A DNA stretch of 57,525 bases from Mobula hypostoma. Taxonomy: Eukaryota. The notes beneath the pieces were generated by a model, which was not told the origin of the DNA, searched no databases, and saw only the letters and a list, made by a program, of their open reading frames with translations. The DNA lies in assembly GCF_963921235.1 (NCBI RefSeq), contig NC_086101.1:31248001-31305525 (forward strand). The letters are read 5' to 3'. Both the position numbers and the translations under genes were made by a program. Below, in pieces: positions 12,101 to 24,100 of the stretch. Every line of letters starts with the position of its first letter. The stretch's first letter is position 1.

Positions 12101-15100
12101 AATTGTGGTCCTGTTTATCATAGAGCTCGGGGTTTCGCTGTATCGTATCGTGCCAGTGCTTCTTTGCTGCTGGAAAAAGGAATTGGGTAAAGGTATCCAT
12201 CACTGTATGAATTATATTTAAATATAAACACTCAGTTAACATTGGGCTCTGGAAGGGAAGTTGCTAATGAATAGCGTCAAGTGAATAGGGCGTGGGTTTT
12301 TAAAGATAAGCTGATGGAATCTGGGAAGAGATGTAATTCCAACTCCAGGGCAGCAAGGGACATTTCGGAGTTTAGTCCAGTGGATGAAGGGAAGAGAATA
12401 GTCACAGGACAGATGAACAGTCTCAGTCAGAGCCATCCATGGGTTCAGTGTACTTTGCAGGGAGATCTCTGGGTGAATGATGGAGACATCAGTGAATTGG
12501 GGTTATCATTGCACCTCTGCATAATCTTTGAACAAACAGTTTGCTGGCAACACAGGACGTAGTGATGATTAGTTCAGCGCAGGCGGACCTTGTGATGGTC
12601 ACTTAAGCCAGTGTTCACACTCAGTCCATTAGACATGAAATGGCTGAGATGGAGGGTAAACCATGGAGAGGGAGTAGGAACCCAAGAATATCAGAAGCAG
12701 GAGGTAGCCATTCAGCCTTTGTCTGAACATTTACCTCTCTCAGTTACCAGCCCCAACCCATATCACTGCATTGTGTTAACCTCTAAATCAATCTTTGCCC
12801 TAAAGGTAGTTGGTGACAGAATCTCCACAGCCCTTTGGAGAATCGCAAAGGTTACCAAACCTGTTTTTCCACCCGCCTCCCCCCCCCCATCTGTCCTGAA
12901 TGGCTGAGACCTTATTCTGAGCCTGTCATTCCTCGTTGAAGTTATCCCAGACAGGATTGCCATCAACTCCACTTCATGATAAGCAAGCCCCACTGAATGT
13001 TTCATAAGGATCTCCTGCTCTCCTTTTCTGCCATGGAGGTTTATAGGATTAATCTTTAAATGCTGAACCTGAACTCTCTTCCTCTTATCCCACATCTACC
13101 CGTTCCTGAGTGGAGGAAACCAGATCTGTACATGTGTTAAAAGTTGGAAGAAATTGCTTTATTAGACTTGATTAGGGATAAATACAGAGAGAAAAACAGT
13201 TAATGAATATAGTAAGAGACAATGTACATAATCACCAAGCCAATTTACGCAAGGGACCACAAATATCCACCTGCCTTTTCCAGTCACCCCTCACCCATCT
13301 TGATGTCCTTGTGCCTCTGTCTCCAGCTCTTACCACCAGTCACTGCCCAGCCTAAGAGAAGGTTCCCTTTTGCCTAAAGAAACTGTCCCTTTTTATACCA
13401 TTTCAAGATCTTTTACTCTTAATACTTTCCCATACAAACTTTTCCCCCCCCATTTTCTACTCGGAAAGCTGTAGACTAGTACTCACAATAAATTTCCAAA
13501 ACATTGCTGAGACTAGTTCCCTTGTGCTTTCTCAAAGCATACACGTTCAGGACTAACTCCCTCCATTTTCTCATATAAGTTTCTATTTTGTTACACATCT
13601 TGGCGCATACTGAGGAGGAATTGAATATAACTCTTTCCTTACAGGGCAGCATGTTGATTTCCTTCCTAATCAATGTCCACACCTGTAACTTAATTTCCGG
13701 TCATCTGTGCACAAGGGCATTTGGGTCCCTCTGAGCACCAGCATCTTTTATTCTGCCCTTTTCTCCTACCAAGGTGAGAGTGATGATGCAGTGGGAGCAA
13801 AGGATTCAGCGATATTGAAGAGGATGTGATCTAACACCTGACTGAGTAGCTTCTGAAGCATGGATACGTGGATATGAATTTCAAAATGTCATGGGAAGGG
13901 ATTTGAGGAAGAAACTTTTCCAGGAGTAGGATTGAAGATTGGAGTATGGGTGAGGAGCAAATCAAGAAGGCAGCTCGCCACTACATTCTTGCAGAATAGA
14001 AAGAGAATCGTAAATGTTGGCCCCACTAGCAACGCCTGAATGAATTAAGAGAAGAAGAGGTGTCCCCTGGATGTAGTGGTGGTGAATTCCTAGGATCTGG
14101 TTCACCAGGTATCATTAGGCTCCCTGGACAGCCTTTACTCTTTCTATATTCTGTCCCTTCATTTGGGCAGTTCTTGTAACAGGAGTAACAGTTTGCATGC
14201 AGGACCACAACACTGCCCAGTGCCTGTGAGCATCTGGGTTCAATGATGTTGCAACCCTCAGCATCAGAAGAGGCTTCAGGATCAGACATTGAAACTTTAG
14301 TGGTACAGCCGGGGTTGGTTATTGTCACTAGTGACAAGACTGTGTCACTAGTGACTGCTACTTGATAATGAGATTACACAAGATACTAAAATGTAAGGTG
14401 TTTCCCTCTGTTGTGTTTTGCCCCTCCCTGAACTCCCCTCTCCTCTTTTCTGTCTCTTCTCCCCACCCCCCCGCCCCCCCCCCCCCCCACCAGCCCCTCA
14501 CGTTGTTGCTGTTGGCTGTGAGATCTTGCTGATTCCTGTGTGGAACCATTTTTCTGCCTTTCACATATTGAATGTTCTCGATTTGTTCCTCTGTAGCCCT
14601 GATGAGCAGAAAATGTTTGCTGTTCTTGAATCTTACTGATGTTCTGCTTCTTCTCATTATCTTCATTGCTTTCATATACTGGATTATGGTTAAAGGTAGG
14701 TGCACAGATATTATTTACTTGGAAAATAATGATCACTTCTGCACTCAGCAGGGTAACTGGAATGGAATGAGTATCTCAGTACATTGTGAGCTGCTTTACC
14801 TGGAACACCAGCACCTGCAGTCCTCAGCCCCACAGCCCTTGTCGGGAGTGGAGTGGGGTGGGTGGTGTTAGGGAAACCTGCTGAAGGATTAAACTTTAAT
14901 AGCTGAACATCAGTGATTCAGTTCAAAGCTGTTGGTCACAACCAGCGTGGTTTGGCCCAGTATAGATTAGTTTTGTGAGGTCAGACTGGGTGGCAGAAGG
15001 CATTTGAAGAAGTTTAAGTTGAAGCTCACGGAACTGAAGGTGTGTTCTAGCCCGGGTTAGATAATTGGTTTAGTGGTGGGATGCAAAGTGTGGGGATAAC

Positions 15101-18100
15101 CTGCAGGAGCTGTGGTTCTAGGATGTGACTAATGCACAGATGATCTGCTGGATGAGCTCAGTGAGTCGAGCAGTGTCTATGGGATGTGTGTGGGAGGGGG
15201 AGGGGTTGTTGTTTTGGATCGAAATCTTGCACCGCACTTGGGACATGGCTAATTCCTTACCAAAGAAGATGCTGCTCATTCCGCTGAGTTCTCCCCAGCA
15301 GATAGTTAGTTGTTCCAGATTCCAGCATCTGCCATCTCTTGTCTCTTAGGATGTGACTAACGGTGTTCTGCACAGATCTGTGTTGGGGTGTAACTAGTCC
15401 CCAGGTTTCAGTGCTGGATGAAGTGTGGTAGGTACAAGCTCATCACCGTGCTGACCACTGATGCAGAGATGGGTGTCATTTTGAACTGTGAACTGCAACA
15501 ATAACTCCCAGTGACTAATAGATCGAGCACACAGATGAAACTGACCAGAGGGTTTCACTGCAATTTGGCTTGGACTTCAAAAAAAAAAGAAAATTTAAAA
15601 ACTATTTTAAAAAGAAGTTGAATAGTTAGAAACTATTTTAAAAATAAGTTGAATAGTTAGAAGCAGTTGGAGGCTTAATATTCCTGGAATCTGTATTCAT
15701 GGATCATTAAAATGTCACAAATAGAGAAAATTGGGTACTGGAATGGTGGTCTTCAAACCCAGAACACTGGAGTATAGGAGGGTAGAAGTTATGCTGCAGC
15801 CAAGCAATATCCTGGTTAGACTTCATTGGAGTTGGGAGCAGTTCTGGGCCCAAAAGTGAGAACATTGCATTGTTGGCATCAATGTGCTGACACACTCAGA
15901 ATGGGAGAGTAATGACTTGGCCATGGGATGAAGGGATGAAGAAGGAATCTGATGGGAAATAAATGCAGCCCAGACATGGTCATTCACATACCTAAAACCA
16001 ATGCAGAAATCATAATGCTGAGGACTGGGATTACTGCATCTTATTGGTTTGAGTGCTGTTTCAGGAAAGCAGCATCTATCAGCAAGGATCCCCACCATAT
16101 TGGTTATGCTGTCTTCTCACTGCTGCCATCAGGAAGGAGGTACGGGAGCCTCTGGTCCCACACCACCAGCTTCAGGAACAGTTATTTCCCTTCAACTATC
16201 ACGCTCTTAAACCAAAGGGTCAATCACCCTACCTACTGATTCCACAGCCTATGAACTCACTTTCAAGGACTCTACAATTCGTGTTCTTGATATTTATTGC
16301 TTATTTATTTATTATTTTTTTCTAGTTTTGCATTTACACTTTGGTTGTCTGTCGTGGTGTGCAGATTTTCATTGATTCTGTTATGTGCCTTTGTATTTAC
16401 TGTGAATCGCCACAAGAAAATAAATCTCACGGTCGTGTGTGGTGACATGTACTTTAATAATAAATTTACTTTGAACTTTTGGGGGAGGGGAGGAGAAGAT
16501 GGCGACGCGGCGCGACGCAGCGCCCATGGCCGCTCCAAAATGATATCATATTTGTTAAGTAGGGACTGTGACAATCCCGATTTGATGGAGACAGACGTGA
16601 GAAGCACGGAGGAACATCTGGAGAAACTTCTGAAATGCCTGCTTCGCTGCCGCTGCTACTGTGCAATTGAGAATCTCCGGAGGGGAAGGCCCCAAATCCA
16701 CGGCTTTGCCTATTGCCTGTTGCCAGGGCCAGGGTCAAAGCACTCGGCAGAGATGGTGCTCGGTGCTCAGTGTCGGAGGGCTGGTTGGAGGCTCAAAGTT
16801 TTTGGACAGACTCGAGAGTCGGCTGTTGTCGGGTGCTTCCAGGGTGCTGCATCGGCAAGTTTGCGGCGCTGGAAGCTCATAGCAGGGAGAGTTTTTTTTC
16901 TTTCTTCCTTCTACTGTCTGCGTGAGATGATGGGACTTTCGAGAGACTTTGAGACTTTTTTTTTTACGGTGCCCATGGTCTGTTCTTTATCAAATTACGG
17001 TATTGCTTTGCACTGTTGTAACTATATGTTATAATTATGTGGTTTTTGTCAGTTTTTCAGTCTTGATTTGTCTTATGTTTCTGTGATATCGTTCTGGAGG
17101 AACATTATATCATTTCTTAATGCATGCATTACTAAATGACAATAAAAGAGGACTGCGTATCCACATAATCTAATCTAATTTCCTTTGAAATACTGTGTGA
17201 ACTGATTTTGTTTTTCACTTTGCTGCAGGTGTTGCCTTTATATCAGTGTTGGTTCTATGCACCATGTCTGCGCAGCTTCTGGCTTTGATTCTACCATTCA
17301 TTATTCGGAAGTTAAGTTGCCCATCTATTAAATATCTCCAACAATTTCTCGGTAAGGAGCAGATCATTAAATTATTGAAATTTCCAATCTGATCAATGAA
17401 ACAATCTCTAACCATCACACCATCTATACTTGTCAGGGGCATGGGACTGGATTTTATACATCGTTGTGGTCATCGCCTCAATCGCGTTCTTTGTGATTTA
17501 TGGAAACAGTGAGTTTGCTAAGAGCTCTTCATTTCTGTTCTGACATTACAAGCTTCTGATCATCTACACTGAAGTGATCACTCCCAACGATTAAATTCAG
17601 ATCTGTGATATCTTTGCAAATTCTACTGCCCTAATAACACAGGTGTGACAGTTTTGGTGGTGAACCTTGAATTATCCCACCCAGAGTGGATTCAGTCACC
17701 TTGCTTTCATTGCTTCTTCCAAGTGATGCTCAGTGTTGGATCACAAGAGAGGGAATGTGTTGAATGCCTACGAGATGGCTTTTTAGAGCAGCTGGTGCTT
17801 GAACCTTCTTGCGGAGAGGCTATCTTAGATTGTGTGTTGTGTAATAACCCAGATCTTATTAGGGAGCTTAACGTGAAGGAACCTTTAGGAGGCAGTGATC
17901 ATAATATGATTGAATTCATACTGCAATTTGAGAGGGAGAAGCATAAATCACATGTATCAGTATCACAATGGAATAACAGGAGTTACAAAGACATGAGAGA
18001 GGAGCTTGCCCAGGTGGGTTGGAGAAGGATACGGGTGGCGATGATGGCAGAGCAGAGGTGGCTGAAGTTTCTGGGGATAGTTCACAAGGCACAGAATGGA

Positions 18101-21100
18101 TATGTCCCACAGAGGAAGAAGTTCTCAAATGGCAGGGATAGGCAACTGTGTTTGACAAAGGAAGTTAAGGACTGTATAAAGCCAAGGAGAGGGCAAATAA
18201 GGTAGCAAAAGTGATTGGGAAGCTTTTAAAATCCAACAAAAAGCAACTAAAAATAACAATAAGAAGGGAAAAGATGAAATATGAGGGCAGACTAGCCAAT
18301 AGTATAAAGCAGAATACCCGAAGTTTTTTCAGTTACATAAAGAGTAAAAGGGAGGTGAGAGTTGATATTGGACCAGTGGAAAACTGTTGGTGAGGTAATG
18401 GGGGATAAAGAAATGGCAGATTAACTTAATGGGTACTTTGTATCTGTCTTCATTATGGAAGACATTAGCGGTGTGCCAGAGGTGTTTGAGTTTCAGGGAG
18501 CCAGAGTGCTGTTGCTATCACAAAGGAAAAAGTTCCAGGCAAAGGTCTTAAGGTGGATGAGTCACCTGGGCCAGATGGACTACGGGCCAGAGTCCTGAGA
18601 GAGGTTGCTGAAGAGATGACAGATGCAGTGGTCATGATGTTTGCAGAATCACTTGATTCTGGCATGGTTCCAGAGAACTGCAAGGTTGCAAATGTCACTT
18701 CAATCTTTAAGAAGTGAGGCAGGCCAAAGAAAGGAAATTATTGGCCAGTTATCCTAATGTCAATGGTTGGGAAAATGTTGGAGTTTAATATTAAGGATGA
18801 GGTTTCAAGGTACTTGGAGACTAATTGTAACCCTCAGGTTCTGTCGGCTGCATAAGTCTGGGGAAGACAATCTCTGGCCCCGCCAAACGTGTGAAATTGA
18901 GGTGCAAAACCTCCTGTTTGTGTGGATGCTACGTGATTTGTTACCCTGTTACAAATCAGTATCATGAAATAACAAACAGTACACCATATGCAATTAAACT
19001 ATTTAGCTTTATAATTCTTAATTTGACTAAAGGGTTAGTAAAGAAAAACAAAAAGAAAAAGGTCCATTTTAATGGAACAGTGTAATGTGCACAAGTTGGA
19101 GCTCATGGTTTCCCTTTCACCAATCCTCCTTCGATTTCTACGGGCTTCGTCGACTCCCGGCTCAACTCCAAGTCCACTCCTTTCTGGTGTCTTCTCTCTC
19201 CTCCTCCCACCGAGCAGAAGACCCAGATCACCTGAGTGTCAGGCACACCCCACGGAAACACACTCCACTCACTGAATGACTCACTTTCCAAAGCCCCCGT
19301 TATCTCTAACCATAACCCAAACACTGCTTCTACAGAAAGACCATTACATTAGCAGTGAAACCTTTCCCAGGGTGTTAAATGATAAAATAAGCCAAACTCA
19401 GCATGGTTTCGGTAAAGGGAAATCTTGCCTGACAAATCTATTGGAGTTTTTCAAGGAAGTAAAAGCAGGGTGGACAAGGGAAAGGCAGTGGATGTCATTT
19501 ACTTGGATTTTTGGAAAGCGTTTGATAAGGTGCTACACATGAGGCTGCTTAACAAGATGGTGTTACAGGAAAGGTACTGGCCTGGATAGCGGAATGGCTG
19601 ACAGCCAGGAGGCAGCGAGTGGGAATAAAAGGGGCCTTTTCTGACTGGCTATCGGTGACTAGTGGTGTTCCTCGGGCATTGATATTGAGACCACTACTTT
19701 TCACATTGTTTGTCAGTGATTTAGATAATGGAATTGATGGCTTTGTTGCCAAGTTTCTGGATGATACGATGATAGGTGGAGGGGTTGGTACTGCTGAGGA
19801 AACAATGCGATGCAGCAGAACTTAGACAAATTGGAAGAATGGGCAAAAAAAGTGGCAGATGGGATACAGTGCTGGGAAATCTATGATAATGTATTTTGGT
19901 AAAAGGAGCAATATTGCGGACTATTTAAATGGGGAGAAGGTTCAAACATCAGAGGTGCAGAGGGACTTAACAGTCCTTGTGCAAGACTTCCAGAAGCTTA
20001 ATTTAGAGGTTGAGTCTCTGGTAAAGAAGGCAAATGCAATGTTGGCATTTATTTCAAGAAGAATAGAATATAAAAACGGGGGGATAACACTGAGTCTTTA
20101 TAAGACACTTGCCAGGCCGCAGTTGAAGTATTGTCCATAGTTTAGGGCCCCATATCTCAGAAAAGATGTGTTGTTATTGGAGGGAGTCCAGAGGAGGTTC
20201 ACAAGGATGATTTTGGGCATTAAGGACATGTGAGGAGTGTTTGGCAGCTTTGGGCCTGTACTCGTTGGAACTTAGAAGAATGCGGAGGGGGGAATCTCAT
20301 TGAAAGCTATCAAATATTGAAAGGACTAGATGGGGTGGATGTGGAAAGGATGTTTCTGATGAGGAGCAGAATCCAGAACTAGAGGGCACAGCCTCAAAAT
20401 TGAGGGGCGACCCTTTAGAACAGGTAAGGAGGAATGTCTTGTACCTGTGGCATCTAGACTTTTATGTATGTAGAGCAGGCATATTACTTTGTTACTGGAT
20501 GATTAACAGCAACTAACAGTAACAATCCTACATCAGTTCCTCATTGTCTGTGCAGATTGTACATGAGGTTGTTCTGTAAAGTGCCTTTGGATGGGTTACT
20601 ACATCCTAAAATCTTTTTTCAGCAGCAGTTAGTCTGATCAATCATTCTAGTTACACCCTCGCCCCACCCTCTATATCTATTACTTCACTTACTACACTGC
20701 ACTGTAGTATAATGCTGATTTCATTGTAAATACAAGCTGGTGTTTGAGTGCATTTTACTCCTATATAGTTATTGAACATTGTTGTTTTCAGTTGCTTGCC
20801 ACGCCAACAAGTGCACAGCAAATTTAGAATTTAGTGAATAAAGCTGGTTGTTAATAGAGATATGAGGGGAAGTGGGGGCCCTGTATCAGGTCACTCAATG
20901 ACTACACCATATCCATTTTCAGATCCAGGATGTGACAGCAGCCCGGAAACCTGGAGAATATTCTTCTTTACAAGGATTTGGACTGCGGTGATTTTCTTAT
21001 CCGTTGTGGCCCAATACTGTAAGTGTCAAAATTATCAAATCATTCAGCATTTCCATCCTTTCCCCAGGAACTCGGTCTCAGTGAAAACTTTTGCCGGTTC

Positions 21101-24100
21101 TCACTAGCACTTCAGCTTCTGAAAGGGAGAAGTAGGGAAATCATCAGCTGGTTATCGGGTCTGTCCCGTACTGGCTGCTGGTTATTGGGTCTGTCTCGTA
21201 CTGGTTGCTGACGTTTGGGTCTGTCCCGTACTGTTTGCTGACGTTCGGGTCTGTCCCGTACTGTTTGCTGACGTTCGGGTCTGTCCCGTACTGTTTGCTG
21301 ACGTTCGGGTCTGTCCCGTACTGTTTGCTGACGTTCGGGTCTGTCCCGTACTGGTTGCTGACGTTCGGGTCTGTCCCGTACTGGTTGCTGACGTTCGGGT
21401 CTGTCCCGTACTGGTTGCTGACGTTCGGGTCTGTCCCGTACTGTTTGCTGACGTTCGGGTCTGTCCCGTACTGGTTGCTGACGTTCGGGTCTGTCCCGTA
21501 CTGGTTGCTGACGTTCGGGTCTGTCCCGTACTGGTTGCTGACGTTCGAGTCTGTCCCGTACTGGTTGCTGACGTTCGGGTCTGTCCCGTACTGGGTGCTG
21601 ACGTTCGGGTCTGTCCCGTACTGGGTGCTGACGTTCGGGTCTGTCCCGTACTGGGTGCTGACGTTCGGGTCTGTCCCGTACTGGGTGCTGACGTTCGGGT
21701 CTGTCCCGTACTGGTTGCTGACGTTCGGGTCTGTCCCGTACTGGTTGCTGACGTTCGGGTCTGTCCCGTACTGGTTGCTGACGTTCGGAACAGCTCCGGC
21801 CTCTATTTCGCTGAATCCTGCTGGACCGTTAGTACAGAGCTGCCTGAATATCCCAACTGGTGGGATATCAGACTTGGGTTTAATATCTCTGCATATGTGG
21901 TGAAACTTATTTTGTGCAGCAGTACATTGCAATGCATATTAGTGAAAAAATATATAAATTACGAGAAGAAACCTATATAAACAAATTTGAAAAGTAGTGC
22001 AAGAAGAGAACAAAAAAGAAAAAATACTGAGGTAGTTGCATGTTCATTATATATTCAGAAGTCTGATGGCAAAGGGGAAGAAGCTGTTCCTGAATCGTTG
22101 AGTGTCTCTCTTCAGGCTCCTGTACAGCCTCCTTAATGGTAGCAACGAGAAGAGGTCATGTTGCATGTTCTAGGTGATGGAGGTCCATTTTAATGATGAA
22201 TACTGCCCGTTGAGGCATTGCCTTTTGACTGTGTCCTTGATGCTGGGGAGGCTAATGCCCACGATGGAGCTGGTCGAGTTTACAACTTACAGCAGTGTTT
22301 TCTGATCCTGTGCAGTGGCTTCCAAACCAGCCAATGATAGAGCCACGCACATAAAAGTTGCTGGTGAACGCAGCAGGCCAGGCAGCATCTATAGGAAGAG
22401 ATACAGTCGACGTTTCGGGCCGAGACCCTTCATCAGAACTAACTGGGGGAAGAGATAGTAAGAGATTTGAGAGGGGGAGGAGGAGATCCGAAATGATAGG
22501 AGAAGACAGGAGGGGGAGGGATGGAGCCAAGAGCTGGACAGGTGATTGGCAAAAGCGATACGAGAGGATCATGGGATGGGAGGGCTAGGGAGAAAGAAAG
22601 GGGGGGGGGGGAGCCCAGAGGATGGCCCAGGAGTATAGTGAGAGGGACAGAGGGAGAAAAAGGAGAGAGAGAAAAAAATTAATAATAATAAATAAATAAC
22701 GGATGGGGTACAAAGGGGAGGTGGGGCATTAGCAGAAGTTAGAGAAGTCAATGTTCATGCCATCAGGTTGGGGGCTACCCAGATGGAATATAAGGTGTTG
22801 TTCCTCCAACCTGAGTGTGGCTTCATCTTGACAGTAGAGGAGGCCGTGGATGGACATATCAGAATGGGAATGGGACTTGGAAATAAAATGTGTGGCCACT
22901 CGGAGATCCTGCTTTCTCTGGCGGATAGAGCGTAGGTGTTCAGCGAAACGGTCTTCCAGCCTGCGTCGGGACTCGCCAATGTATAGAAGGCCACATCGGG
23001 AGCACCGGACACAGTATATCACCCCAGCCGACTCACAGGTGAAGTGAATGATAGAGCCAGCTAGAATGCTCTCCACAGTACATCTGTAGAAATTTGTGAG
23101 CGTGTTTGGTAACGTACCAAGTCTCCTCAAACTCCTAATGAAATGTAGCCACCGTCGTGCGTTCTTTGTAACTGCACCGATATGTTGGGCCCAGTATTGA
23201 TGTTCAGAGATGTGGACTCCCAGGAGCTCGAAGCTGCTCACCCTTTGCAGTGATGAAGACGTGTGTGCATGTGCGTCTGTGTGTGTGTGTGCACTGCCTC
23301 AACGACTATCGCCCAGTTGCGCTCACTTCGACAGTGATGAAGTGCTTTGTGAAGACAAATTGCAGTGGGTCCAGGTCCTTGTTTAGGCAGAAGTTGATTT
23401 TGGCCGTGACCAAAACTTCCCCTTCATAAAGTACACCATCAATTCCTTGGTCTTACTGATGTTGTTGCAGCACTACCCAACCAGATGATCTAACTCGCTC
23501 CTGTAAGCCTCCCCATTGCCATCTGAAATTCTGCTAACACATCGGCAAATTTATAGAGGCCATTTGAGCTGCGCCTAGCCACACGGTTGTGTGTATGGAG
23601 ATTAGAGCTATGGGCTAAGCATGCATTCTTGAGGTGCACCAGTGTTGATTGTCAGCGACAGAGAGATGATTATTTCCGCACTGACTCATCTAGTGAGGAA
23701 GTCGTGGATCCAGTTGCAGAGGGAGGTACAGAGGCCCAGAACTTAGAGCTTGTTGATTAGAACTGAGGGCATGTTGTGTTGAATGCTGAGCTGTAATCAA
23801 TAAACAGCAGCCTGACACAGGTATTGCTATTGTCCAGGTAATCCAAGGCCAAGTGAGATTGCATCTATTGTGCTGATAGGCAAATTGCAGTGGGTCCAGG
23901 TCCTTAGGCAGAAGTTGATTTTGGCCATGACCAACTTCACAAAGCACTTCATCACCGTAGAAGCGAGTGCAACTGGGCAATAGTCGTTGAGGCAGCTCAC
24001 CTGCTCTTCTTGGGCGCTGGTATGATTATTGCCCTTTTGAAGCATGTGGGAATTTCCAGCTGCTGCAGTGAGAGATTGAAGGTGTCCTTGAACTCTCCTG

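Noticed and set aside
13135-13631. Possible additional solo LTR (TGTTAA start, minus-strand AATAAA and TATA-like motifs)
   Set aside because: No matching CA end or TSD could be identified.
14494-14639. Upstream acceptor after the poly-C tract giving a hydrophobic peptide ([17 protein letters not shown]...)
   Set aside because: It is 103 nt upstream of the 14597 acceptor, so it shifts frame and stops at 14637-14639. At most a minor truncated isoform.
16297-17034. 245-aa ORF
   Set aside because: Runs from a Rex1 3'UTR into a non-coding repeat; the homologous copy at 7502-8125 does not keep the frame.
21144-21932. 262-aa (-) and 232-aa (+) repeat ORFs as protein-coding genes, or the array as CRISPR
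   Set aside because: A stop-free 30-bp unit gives long ORFs automatically. There are no unique spacers or cas genes, and the context is a eukaryotic intron.
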